A DNA stretch of 64,000 nucleotides, from positions 434,001 through 498,000 of the forward strand of contig OZ237749.1 in assembly GCA_965178125.1 (NCBI GenBank), in the 5' to 3' direction. Position 1 is the stretch's first letter. Every line of letters begins with the position of its first letter. Position numbers and translations under genes: made by a program. Under the pieces are notes generated by a model. That model saw only the letters and a program-made list of their open reading frames with translations, was not told the origin of the DNA and did not search any database. This document shows positions 39,123 to 51,481 of the stretch, in pieces. Origin of the DNA: Bilabrum cf. latius (taxonomy: Eukaryota).

Positions 39123-42100
39123 TCACCCCTTCAACATGTCCGGTTGCCTCCGCTGCGAGCAAGCGATGATCTGCCTCGTCAGCTCCTCGCCCAGTCTTGC
39201 CCCCGGCTCCTGCAGTCGAGCTGCGAAGTCCTGCGTCCACTGCTTGATCTCCCACATGTAAAAGACCCGCCTTCCCAGATTCGCCCGATCCTTCGCTGTC
39301 AGCAGCTTGGCAACGTCCTCGGTCACCCCGCTCGAACTCACAGACAGCGGGGCTGGCGCTGCACCTTGCGGCTGGTCCTCTTCCATGCCATCTACCGGTG
39401 CGCTGTGCTTGTCGTGCGGCATGCTGGCGCTCACCGGACCGGCCTGGTGCCTTGCTGTCCTGGCTCGCTTCATGGGTCGCGGGCTGGGGTCGTTGGTGGC
39501 TGCAGCCGCGTTGCGAGGAAGCCCTGCGCCCCTCGATTGGTTCGATGCATTGACGAGTCCACCTGCACTTGCAGCATGCGAAGTGCTTGACGCAGCCGAC
39601 GACCCACCAGCACCGCCAGTGCGAACATCAGCCCCATTGGGAGCCTCTGCGGCATCCCCTCTCGAGTGGCCATCGCCCTCTCTCGTCGGATTGCTGCTGG
39701 CGTGCAACGCCGGGCGGAAGGCGGCGCTGGATGAGGTCGATGTCCTGGTGAGCTGACTTGCAATGGACTCGTCGTCGCGAAGAGCACTGCATCCAGAGTA
39801 CGGCAGGCCCAGCCTCGGTGCCTGCACGTATGTGGTTGCGCTGCCCACGGCTGGTTCCAGCTGGTTGATCTGGCTTGCACTGAAAGGCCTTATGTGCACT
39901 TGGTCTGGTATGTGTCCTCCCCACGGCATGGGCGGAGGAAGGGGATCGTCCGGCTGCATGAGGGCCTGCGAACTGCCTGCACTGCTGGCAGCGGATGGCA
40001 TAGCTGGCTGGTTTGACCGGGAGGCTCTGCCGCTCCTGCCATTCACATCTTTGCGAGACCCGCTAAGCAACTCGCATCTATCAGCATGCTCGCCTTGCAC
40101 GGATGAACTTCCGATGGAACTGGCCTGCTCAGTCCATTTTTCCGACTGCGACTGCATCGCCATCGGTGAGAAGCCAACGGAATCACCAGGGTAGCCAAAG
40201 CCGAGAGACTCGTTCGCTCCAAGTGCTGATATGCTAGACAGTGCAACCGAAGCAGCGGCATTCACCAAGCCCTGGCCTGGCCTAGACATCACAGAATGCA
40301 CATCAAACGGCGTTCTCGGCAGCTACTGGAGGGCCTGGCGTCGGCTTGGCTCGCAGTCAACACTGGGCGACGCCCGAGCTTCACAGCCATAAAGGGGCTG
40401 CTGGCTGCCCCCGGTGACAGACCCGCTTCGGCAGCCCGACAACTCCATATTCACGGAGTCAGTAGTGCCACTTGCCGTCGACCTACTTGCTGCAACCATG
40501 CCTGGTAGCCCGCCAGTCGTGAAGGCATCATTGCGAAACCCGGGTATGCCATCGCCGATGATGTTCCTGCCACTTGGGAGGCTGGAGAGATCAAGGCTGC
40601 CCACAGAGGAAGCTGCGTCCTGCTTCTAGAAGTTCGGATTGGTGTCATCAAGCAGGCCGCTGCCTTCCTGCAACATTGGTGAGGCACTGGGACTCGTGTG
40701 TGCCACCGATCCAACGCCAAACGCTCCACCTCTCGCACAGGAGCCGACTGCACGCTGGCCGGGGTCCATCCCAGCTCCCCCTGCGTGCTCAATCCGACCT
40801 GGAGACTGGCTAACACTGACATCGTCACCTTGGGCCTCGTCGGCAACAATGTCACTGAACTGACTTCCGCACGAGGCGGACCGTGCACGAGGCCTGGCAA
40901 TTCCGACTGGTGTGAGATGTTCATTGTTGCTGGCTTCCCAAGCCCCATCATCAGCACCCCTTTTCCCATCAAGAGGGGGTGGTGGAGGCCTTCTCACATT
41001 CTGCCTGAGCCACTGCACCCCTGCCGGGTACTCCTCGATATTCGGGATCCTGCCATTCGGCCTGACTGTAACGAGGCTGGTGCGGGGACACGAGCCCACC
41101 CAATCGAATGCAACGCTGACGCGGCACCTGTACGCAACCGCAACGATCCGGTCTTCCAGGAACGATGGCATACTCGACAGCTAGTCACCACGATGCGTTG
41201 ACATGTTGAGATCATCATCTGTCAGTTCCTCGCTTCGACCAGGAGGCAGCCATTTGAGGTGCATCGTGTCGCAGACTTCCATGAAGTCAGATCCTGTTTG
41301 CGGGCTTGTTGCGCCTGCTTGGTCCCTCTCCTCTTCCCACTTATCCCCATAGTGAATGGCGAGGCGGATGGCTACTTCTTCTTTCGCTCCTTCATCCATC
41401 AGGCGGTTGAAGTGGAAGCACTCCACCCTGGCTCGCCCGTCAAGGAACGAGTACTTGCAGAATACCATGTCCAAGTCGGCATCCCGGGTCCTTCCCACGA
41501 GGCTGCCCAGCTGACATACGGAGGACGCGAAGAGGCTCACAGGATTCATCGGCGTCAGATCCATTGTGTACTTCTGGATAATGAAGTAGAACGACGGGTC
41601 GTCAGACAACTGCTGCATAGCTCTCTTGTTGGAAAAGTACTTGATCGGACGCAGCGTCTATGGGTCCAGCACGGAGTAGCTCGCTGCCGTGGCACTGCGA
41701 GACAGTCGACTGACCACGCTGTCGTCATGCGCCTGCAGCTGCCGGAAGAAGGCCGGGTCCCTGGCTGCGGCGGGAAGAGCTGCCCTGCCTTCGGGCACCA
41801 TGATTCGGTCGACGGCGGCGTGGATGGCTGGAGGCACGAACGTGGTGATGTTCATCTGCCCCATCAGCATCGATGCGAGCCCCGGTGCAATACCAGGTAT
41901 CTTCCGCACGTACATCATCACGCTCCCGAGCGAATCCTTCACCATCTGAAGGGGCCCAGCACTCGGCGATGCAGGGATGCGGGTCTGCACCACCGGCACC
42001 AAGGTGCCGCGGCGCATGCCTCGCGAGGAATCGTCGTCGTCATCGGTTGAATCATACAGCAAGGAGATAAGACCGTCGCTCAAGTATCTTCCGCCGTCAG

Positions 42101-42920
42101 AGTCGCTGTGCTCGCCACTTGCAGATGCTCTGCCTGCTCCACTTCGAGCGCCGTGTCGCGACCCGTTCTCGACCAAGCGAGTGCCCAGCGACACAGAGGA
42201 TGAGCTGCTGGCCGAGTGCCCCTCCGATCGAGCCAGCATGACATCGATTGGCCGCACCGCCGCGCTCTGCGATGTAGCCACTGCAGCGAGCAGGTCCATG
42301 GAGGCCCCGTGCAGCTGCTCGAGATGAGCCTCTGCGCTTGGACCGAGGCTCAGCGCCACTTCCTAGCCATTGCGGTGACGACTTCCATCTCCGCGATCTT
42401 CACTGCCTGTCATCGAGCTCGCCATAGACTCCAAGGTCGCTGCAGCCTGCTCCTCGCCCAGTCTCTCGGGCTCTCGGCGTTGTCGCTTTCTCGTCGAAAG
42501 CCGGCTCGGTGCAGGGCCACTGCTTTGCTCCTTGGCTGCACTAGTATCAACCTTAAATTGATCTAGCAATGTACCACTTTCGCACTTCCCAGACTGCTAT
42601 AGGGCAGAAGCAGCGGCCTGCAATGCTGCCCTAGCGCCATGCGAGACATGCTCGGGACGATTCCGCCTCTTGCGGCTCCCCTTCGAGACTGGCCGCCCGA
42701 GCCGAGCCGGAACAGATACATTGGTCACTATAGGCTAGCCGGATCCAGCCTTGCGCTCCTTGTACTGCTTTGACCGGCGGTCGAGGGCTTGCACGCAAGG
42801 AATGCCGCGTTTAGCGCAACGAGCGCACGGAAAACCCTCGCACTTTCTCTTGTTCTGCTGGCATGCAACACATGCACGCTTGGTACTTGTAGTTCGTGTT
42901 TTGCAGGATGGGGTTGGCAT
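39123..42920 (-). CDS. Zn(II)2Cys6 transcription factor, paralog D (~1265 aa)
   Basis: ATG 42920, RACVACQQNKRKCEGFPCARCAKRGIPCV. One frame with seven TAGs (42735, 42597, 42363, 41658, 41181, 40626, 40323) and no TAA/TGA until TGA 39123. Confidence 0.9.
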
Positions 42921-43108
42921 TACAGGACTTTTTGGCTTCCTGGACGTCGAAAAATGTGTATCGCCGCAATCAGAAAAATCCAGAACCATCGGCAGTTTAA
43001 AAATGAAGATGAAGATACAACGCATAAAAAGCGTTCCTCGGATTGTCGCTTGTGTGAATTACGTGCTGATACTCTATCATCTCTCTTCGCTTTGCAGTAA
43101 GTTTACCT

Positions 43109-46100
43109 TCAATCACACGCCATGTCCGGTTGCCTCCGTTGCGAGCAAGCGATGATCTGCCTCGTCAGCTCCTCGCCCAGTCTTGCCCCCGGCTCCTGCA
43201 GTCGAGCTGCGAAGTCCTGCGTCCACTGCTTGATCTCCCACATGTAAAAGACCCGCCTTCCCAGATTCGCCCGATCCTTCGCTGTCAGCAGCTTGGCAAC
43301 GTCCTCGGTCACCCCGCTCGAACTCACAGACAGCGGGGCTGGCACTGCACCTTGCGGCTGGTCCCCCCCCATGCCATCTGCCGGTGCGCTATGCTTGTCT
43401 TGCGGCATGCTGGCGCTCACCGGACCGGCCTGGTGCCTTGCTGTCCTGGCTCGCTTCATGGGTCGCGGGCTGGGGTCGTTGGTGGCTGCAGCCGCGTTGC
43501 GAGGAAGCCCTGCGCCCCTCGATTGGTTCGATGCAGTGCCTAGTCCACCTGCACACGCAGCATGCGAAGTGCTTGACGCAGCCGACGACCCACCCGCACC
43601 ACCAGTGCGAACATCAGCCCCATTGGGAGCCTCTGCGGCACCCCCTCTCGAGTGGCCACCGCCCTCTCTCGTCGGATTGCTGCTGGCGTGCAACGCCGGG
43701 CGGAAGGCGGCGCTGGATGAGGTCGATGTCCTGGTGAGCTGACTTGCAATGGACTCGTCGTCGCGAAGAGCACTGCATCCAGAGTACGGCAGGCCCAGCC
43801 TCGGTGCCTGCACGTATGTGGTTGCGCTGCCCACGGCTGGTTCCAACTGGTTGATCTGGCTTGCACTGAAAGGCCTTATGTGCACTTGATCCGGTATGTG
43901 TCCTCCCCATGGCATGGGCGGAGGAAGGGGATCGTCCGGCTGCATGAGGGCCTGCGAACTGCCTGCACTGCTGGCAGTGGCTTGCATGGCTGGCTGGTTT
44001 GACTGGGAATAATCCTTGTCGTAGTTGTCGCCGTGAATCCCAACGTATGATCCATGCCTTGTTGCACTCATACCTTGCGAGCGAAATCCCTCGTTCTAGT
44101 TTGATCCCTCGGTCCGCATCGCTGAATGTGCGTTCGTATCCGTCGGGGAGCAACCAGTTCTAGAGCTAGCCCAAGGCTATTCGACTTGAATTGCTTGGTG
44201 GCTCCCGCCAGCCACTCCCCCCACCTCTGGCTAGAAGTGAGTCAGACCGGATACCGAGCTGCCTGCAAGGCTTCCTGCAATTGATCTGCTCGCAGAAACC
44301 ATTCCAGTCAGCCCGCTGGATGCTGACGGGTCGTCATTGCCAACATCGGGATCCCTGCCAAGTGGCATGCCGGACTAAAATAGGCTTCCCACGGAGGAGG
44401 CTGCATCTTGATGCTGATATCTGCCATCCGACCACTTGAGCTTGTGCCATCGATCGCTGGGTACTACTGGAGTGTCCAACTTCGAGTCAAGACCGACGGG
44501 GCTAGCTGGTGCACGAGGTGAGCCACCTCCAATTTTACTAGAGTCAGCCACGCCTGCCACTGGAAGATTGGCACTAACCCCTGAATTTGTGTCTATTCGA
44601 ACTGGATGCTACACATATCCGTCAATGTATGCCTCCAGGACGCTAGGATCGATGTCATCGACTTCTTCCGCACGCCGAGAGTCTTGTCGCTTTCCAGCCC
44701 CATCCGTTGCTGATGAATCTCGTGCACGCTCCTGACCACCTCGACTTTCAGCTGCCGCACAAGATGGTGGAGGCCTTCTCACATTCTGCCTGAGCCACTG
44801 CACCTCTGCTGGATACTCCTCGATATTGGGCAGTCTGCCATTCGGCCTGACTGTAACGAGGCTGGTGCGGGGACACGAGCCCACCCAGTCGATGGCAACG
44901 CTGACGCGGCACCTGTTCGCAACCGCAACGATCCGGTCTTCCAGAAACCGTGGGATGGTATACGGCTATCCATTATTGGTCGTATTCATGTTGAGATCAT
45001 CATCTGTCAGTTCCTCGCTTCGACCAGGAGGCAGCCATTTGAGGTGCATCGTGTCGCAGACTTCCATGAAGTCAGATCCTGTTTGCGGGCTTGTTGCGCC
45101 TGCTTGGTCCCTCTCCTCTTCCCACTTATCCCCATAGTGAATGGCGAGGCGGATGGCTACTTCTTCTTTCGCTCCTTCATCCATCAGGCGGTTGAAATGG
45201 AAGCACTCCACCCTGGCTCGCCCGTCAAGGAACGCATATCGGCAACACACCATGTCCAAGTCGGCATCCCGGGTCCTTCCCACGAGGCTGCCCAGCTGAC
45301 ATACAGAGAATGCAAAGAGGCTCACAGGGATCATCGGCGTCAAAAGAAATATGTACTTCTGGATAATGAAGTAGAACGACGGGTCGCCGGACAACTGCTG
45401 CACCCCGGCCTTGTTGGAAAAGTACTTGATCGGACGCAGCGTCTATGGGTCCAGCACGGAGTAGCTCGCTGCCGTGGCACTGCGAGACAGTCGACTGACC
45501 ACGCTGTCGTCATGCGCCTGCAGCTGCCGGAAGAAGGCCGGGTCCCTGGCTGCGGCGGGAAGAGCTGCCCTGCCTTCGGGCACCATGATTCGGTCGACGG
45601 CGGCGTGGATGGCTGGAGGCACGAACGTGGTGATGTTCATCTGCCCCATCAGCATCGATGCGAGCCCCGGTGCGATACCAGGTATCTTCCGCACGTACGT
45701 CATCACGCTCCCGAGCGAATCCTTCACCATCTGAAGGGGCCCAGCACTCGGCGATGCAGGGATGCGGGTCTGCACCGCCGGCACCAAGGCATTGCATATG
45801 TGTTCTGCGGACTCCCACTTGGATGCGTCATCTTGCACAGCAGCAACGGCATTCCTAGGCACTATTCTGCTGATCTCTAAATCGCTGTGCTCACTTCTGG
45901 CAGATGCTCTGGCTGCTCCGCTTCGAGCGCCGTATCGCGACCCGTTCTCGACCATCATGCGAGTGCCCAGCGACACAGAGGATGAGCTGCTGGCCGAGCG
46001 CCCCTCCGATTGAGCTAGCATAGCATCGACTGGCCGCACCGCCGCGCTCTGCGATGTAGCCACTGCGGCGAGCAGGTCCATGGAGGCCCCGTGCAGCTGC

Positions 46101-46696
46101 TCGAGATGAGCCTCTGCGCTTGGACCGAGGCTCAGCGCCACTTCCTAGCCATTGCGGTGACGACTTCCATCTCCGCGATCTTCACTGCCTGTCATCGAGC
46201 TCGCCATAGACTCCAAGGTCGCTGCAGCCTGCTCTTCGCCCAGTCTCTCGGGCTCTCGGCGTCGCTTTCTCGTCGAAAGCCGGCTCGATGCAGGGCCACT
46301 GCTTTGCTCCTTGGCTGCACTAGTATCAACCTTAAATTGATCTAGCAATGTACCACTTTCGCACTTCCCAGTCTGCTATAGGGCAGAAGCAGCGGCCTGC
46401 AATGCTGCCCTAGCGCCATGCGAGACATGCTCGGGACGATCCCGCCTCTTGCGTCCCCCCTTCGACACTGGCCGCCCGAGCCGAGCCGGAACAGATACAT
46501 TGGTCACTACAGGCTAGCCGGATCCAGCCTTGCGCTCCTTGTACTGCTTTGACCGGCGGTCGAGGGCTTGCACGCAAGGAATGCCACGTTTAGCACAACG
46601 AGCGCACGGAAAACCCTCGCACTTTCTCTTGTTCTGCTGGCACGCAACACATGCTCGACTAGTACCCCTTTTCGTTCCACGACGACCAGAAGGCAT
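43109..46696 (-). CDS. Zn(II)2Cys6 transcription factor, paralog E (~1195 aa), recent tandem duplicate of D
   Basis: ATG 46696, same Zn cluster as D. TAGs at 46514, 46376, 46145, 45443, 44966, 44609, 44375, 44177, 44096. Ends TGA 43109. Confidence 0.9.
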
Positions 46697-47175
46697 TTTA
46701 AAGAAAGCTGGCTCCTTGGATGTCGAAAAATGTGCATCGCCGCAAATTTACCGACCGCCAAAACCGAAGATGGAGATTTTAAATGACCTCCTCACTGGCA
46801 GGCTTGGATGTGCTGAGAGCAAGTTCGTGGCAAGCTTGGCCACGCCACATTAGTGGCCGGGCAATCCTCTGGAATCCACTAGGGGGCGGGGCAACTTCTC
46901 GTGTGGCCCTTTACAACGCACCCCTGTCATGTTGTTCGTTGGGGCTGGCGGGCAGCTCTCACGGCTTCAGCCGTGAATAATATCAATGCTTGCCAGTATG
47001 CCTCGCATGCGTTTGTGTCGTATGAAACTAAATGTCGTAGATACAAAAGATACACGGGGCACCATCCGGATCCACATGTCCCATCCGGGTGCCCATGGGC
47101 CAAGCCCTGACCAAGCAGAGATACCTCCGCTGCATCCGGACCTTCATCTGATCCGATCGCATGGAGCCCCTCGTT

Positions 47176-50100
47176 TTACCCCATTGCTGCGCTAACACGC
47201 ATCTATCCACGAGACCAAGCCATGATCTGCCTCGTCAGCTCCTCCCCCAGGCTAGACCCAGGCTAACGCAACCTAGCTGTGAAGCTCTGCCTCCACCGCT
47301 CAAGCTCGCTCAGGAACATGACGGGCCTTTTGGAGAGCTCCAAGTCCTCTTGGGACAGCAACGGGGTCAGCAACCGAATGCACTCTTTCGTAGATATGAT
47401 GCCGCTGTCGTAGCAACCGCTGCTGGGGTGAACGCCTTGACTGGGCTGCCCAGTGGCTGCTGCACTGCCGCTGCTGGTTGAGGCATCCGCACGACCGTAG
47501 CCTCGGCGGCTCGTTGCTCCAGGCCCCCGCACGCTCTTGTGGTCCACCAGCGATCCAACTCTGGAACGCTTCACCGGCGGCCTCCCGATGCTGGAAATGA
47601 CGCTGCCAGCCACCGACGGGTCCGCTGCTTCACGACCAGGGAGCGAGTCGTCGGTCAATCCACCGGTGGATCTCGCATCCATCGGGGCGCCGATCCCGGA
47701 CGCTCTCCTGCCGTCACCACCCGTGGGTCTGAGTTCCTGCCCTCCGCCAGCAGGCGCAGCTGTGCCTGCTTCGCTCGGCGGCACCGATGGCGGGCCGCTG
47801 AGCCGGCTGCTGCCGTTGTACGGCACCCCAAATGCAACTGCCTGGACGTACGTGTCGGCCTGCCCAAGCATGGGCAGCATTCGTCGTGTGGCACTGTCAG
47901 GCACGGGGTCCATGGTGATGCTGCCCTCGTCCTGCAGGAAGGCGCCTGGAGGCAGTCCTGAGGCGAAGTCTTCCCTTTGCCCGGTAAGGCCAGTCATCAC
48001 GCTCTCGCCGCCGTCCATCCTGAGCTGTATCGGATCTCCATGTGCGTCACCTTCCGCGTCTGGTTGGCTGCAAGGCCTTGATTGCGATGACAGCGAGACC
48101 GGTGGCAGCGATGAATGGCCGCCCACCCCAACGAGGTCAATCGCAGAGGGTCCGTCGTCCCCTCCCTGCAGCGCAGCAACGTGCAGCAGCTCATCATCGT
48201 CGTCGTGCGTGGTCGATTGGTCACCCATGGCGGGCTGTGCCATCGTCCCACTAGCGCCCGCCCCGTACTCCGACACGCTTGCCAGGCTATGCCCGGCAAC
48301 AGACTGCTGTCCAACAGAGGCAGCAGCTCCTGCCATGACCTACCCGCTGCCATACGACGTATATCCACTGGCGTGGCCCCTGCCATTCCCGCTCTGGAAC
48401 ATGGATCCAGGTTGCAGAGCCGAGTCCTGGCTGTGCAGCTGCAGCCCGGATCGACCGCTAGAAACGCCGCTCTCACACAGCTGCCCAAGCCCTCCACGGA
48501 TGTCGGCAGAGCGCAAGGAGACATCGCTCGTATACATATCGCCACCTGAAGCAGATGTGATGCCGCTATCATAGGCCATGGGTCTCGAGGCAGGCGAATA
48601 AGATGAATCGATATGGGCCGCCCGGTGGCTCCCTGTGCCTGTAGATGGCGCGTCTTGTATCACTTGTGCGAGCATCCGGCATGGTCCAGAGGAGACTAGC
48701 GAACTGCCAAATCCCTTCTAGGATCGAAAAGCAGCCGCACACATTCCTGCACTGCTAGTAAAGCCATGGCCGTCCTGAGGTATGGTGCCGCCAACATGCC
48801 GCTGCTGCCTGCTTGAAGATGCTGCAGCAACCCCATCCTCCTGGGAGAGGTCGGTCATCTGCGTCATCTGCGTCATCTGCGTCATCTGCGAGACCATGCG
48901 ATCTAGTGGGCGCCTAGAGGTGGAGGAACGCGCTGCGCCCTTTGCGGCCACAGCCTCCGCGTAACTCGGAAGCCGCGGGCCGTCAGCTGCTTCGGTGCTT
49001 GCCTCCGATGCGGCAGACTCGCCAGCTGCAGATGGAGGCTCACCTACCTCAGCTGCAGCCCCTGGAGTACCCAGTGCACCAGCCGTCGTATCAGCAGACT
49101 CGCAGTCTCCGCCGATCCCTGCTGCAATGCTCGATGATGATGCTTGCGTCGGCGGTTGCTCGGCTGCTCTCGGCACCGCCGCCTTATGCGATGATTCCCG
49201 CCGCTTTGCCTCACGCGCAGCCAGAACCTGAGCCACCTCCTCTGGGAAGTCTGCCAGCGATGGTATCTTATTCTTTGGCATCATCGTGACGGTGCTTGCC
49301 CTTGGTACGGTCCCCAGCCAATCAATGGAGACCCGCGATTCGATCTCGAATGGCATGCACAGGATGCGGTCCATCACGAACATGGGGCACAGCATTGCGG
49401 CGGCCTCTTCGTCATCGTCATCCGCCCCACCCGTTGAGGCCTCGCCGTCCGACATGCATACGCTAGCTCCATCCATTCCCTCCCTCACCTGCCGCTACCC
49501 TTCGTTCCTGGCTCCATCGCCGCTTCCGCTGCCTTCCGACTGCGCTGACAGCGATGCGGCTGTGCTGCTTCCGCCGCTCTTGGCAGCAACAGGGGCGTCT
49601 GTCCCGCCTCCGAGGCCTGCAGCCGCATCCAGCAACGCATCATCATCATCCTCATCATCATCATCCCCGATACCGCATGCCCCACCTGACTTGCCCAACC
49701 GGGCCTCGGCCTTGATTGGCGCCAGCTTGACCGCCACGGCAGGGGGCACCTCCCTCTCAAGCATGCGGCAGAACTCAGCGACTTCCAGCTTGTCCCGCTT
49801 CGAGGCGAATTCGTAGCGCATGTACAGTGTCTCAAAACCGTACGATTTCCGCTGCGACGCAATTCCGCCGAGCTGCCTCACCGACTCCACAAAGCTGTAC
49901 AGCGGTGTGGTGAGCGGAAAGGAAGACATTGTGGTGACCACCAGCTCGAGCATCGAGTCCTCTCCGAATAACACTCGCAACGCGGCCTTGTTGACGAATC
50001 CACCGATGGATTGCAGCGTGTAGGGGTCGTGGACGCACCGCCCAACCGCCACCGGGGACTTTGACAGCTGAGCCAGGACACGCTGGTCGTGCGCGTGGAG

Positions 50101-51288
50101 GTCGTGGTGGAACCCGGGCCGCAGGGCTTGAGGTGGCAGGCCGGGCCGCTTTCCATCCGGCATGAGGATGTTGTTGATGACCCTATCTATTGATTTGGGC
50201 ACGAACACGTTCACGTTGTAGTCTCCTCCCAACACGGCAGCTAGCCCCGGGGGGACCGCCCTTCTCCCCATCATGAGGCGCATGCTGCCCTGGCTGTCTG
50301 TCTGGACCATCATGGTCTGCGGTGGGATGCTGCGGGGAACTGGCGCGTATGGCTCGCGCAGTGCGCGCCTAAGTTCGGCATACTGCTCCTCTGTGGGTTC
50401 GTGGAACTGGGCATCTGCTTCGAAGCCGAGCTCGAGTGCTGCTAGCACGCGAGACACGTCTGCCTCCGTGACGGGCTCTGGGCGCCTGTCTCGCCGCCTC
50501 GTGTTTCGTTCCAAGCTCCTGCTGCTGGATTCATCGTGCGCTGAGCGCTGGCCTGGGCGCCTACGCGGCTTCCGAACGCTGCCGCCGTCGAGCTTTGCAA
50601 GATCTGGAATAGGCACCGCAAGAGTTGCTGCGGGACCCGGTCCGCCTAGCGAACCATTGGAAGGAGCTGCATCTCCAGTGTACTCTGTCGAGGCACGCCA
50701 CTCGCCTCCAACCGGTGGAACGGGGCCAGCAGCGCCCTCATGCTCCGGAGGATGCGGCCCTTGCTCCAACAATGACCTTCCTTGCTGCAAAGCAGTTCCG
50801 CTGATGCTTGCATCTTCTCTTTGCTTAGACTGCTGCATTGACGGTTGAGGTTGCGATGCTGACGAGACGGCCCTTTGTTCGCCCCCAAGTTGCTCTGCGA
50901 GCAGAGCCGCAACCGCCATCGACTACCGCGCTCCTTTTGACAGCTAGGTCCCATTGATCGGCTGGAGAGTAGTACTACCGGCAGCCACGGGGTCAGAAAT
51001 ATTCGTAACTATTGCTCCATCCGAAGATACGCCTCTGGCCTTGAAGGCTTTCGTCCGACGATCTTCTACTTCAACGCACGGTATGCCTTTTGCTACACAG
51101 CGGGTACAAGGGCGCTTTCCATCGCATGATCTTTTCCCAGTTTGACAGGCAAGACAAGAGCGCTTGCCCTTCCTAGAACCGGTTCGTCGCCCTGTTTTCT
51201 TCGGTTTCTACGCTTGCTATCCCGCTGGGGCGCTTGAATTCTATATTGTACCACCCTCATCTCTCTTCCGTTTCCCGCCGCCGAGCAT
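47176..51288 (-). CDS. Zn(II)2Cys6 transcription factor, paralog F (~1370 aa)
   Basis: MLGGGKRKRDEGGTI*...KRSCLACQTGKRSCDGKRPCTRCVAKGIPCVE joins via TAGs to ORFs 49495-50919, 48718-49488, 48340-48675, 47263-48336. The family motif LGEELTRQIM lies after TAG 47263. Ends TAA 47176. Confidence 0.88.
48854..48890. repeat. 9-bp tandem repeat (GTCATCTGC)x4 encoding (QMT)4 in paralog F
   Basis: Directly visible in the sequence. Confidence 0.9.
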
Positions 51289-51481
51289 TCTTTAAGGACA
51301 GCCTGAAGCTGTAGCAGCCCGAGAACTTTCCGTGCAAACCTCTGGTGCAATCATTGCGACCAACACAGCGGCAGCATACAGAGGGCCAGACTGTCCTGGT
51401 CAAGACACCTATTAAATTGAAAAGGTGTACCAGCGTTAGTCACTATAAGCGCGGCGTCGAGAAACGCTCTGGTACCGCAGG

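Larger units (their letters stand above)
39123..46790. repeat. Tandem direct duplication, about 3.8-4.0 kb unit (genes D and E)
   Basis: Near-identical blocks ~39135-39990 vs ~43125-43975 and ~40990-42890 vs ~44770-46660, separated by a non-alignable middle. The upstream segment GTCGAAAAATGTG(T/C)ATCGCCGCAA is also shared. Confidence 0.95.

Noticed and set aside
47537-48574. Long antisense or alternate-frame ORFs (e.g. 47537-48574 +, 20685-21716 -, 37723-38757 +, 61508-62380 -)
   Set aside because: Shadow ORFs of GC-rich real genes, with no recognisable motifs.
21807-51288. RIP-like C-to-T mutation, or A-to-I editing of UAG to Trp
   Set aside because: RIP would also create TAA from CAA and target repeats only. 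TAG sites align with Gln, not Trp.
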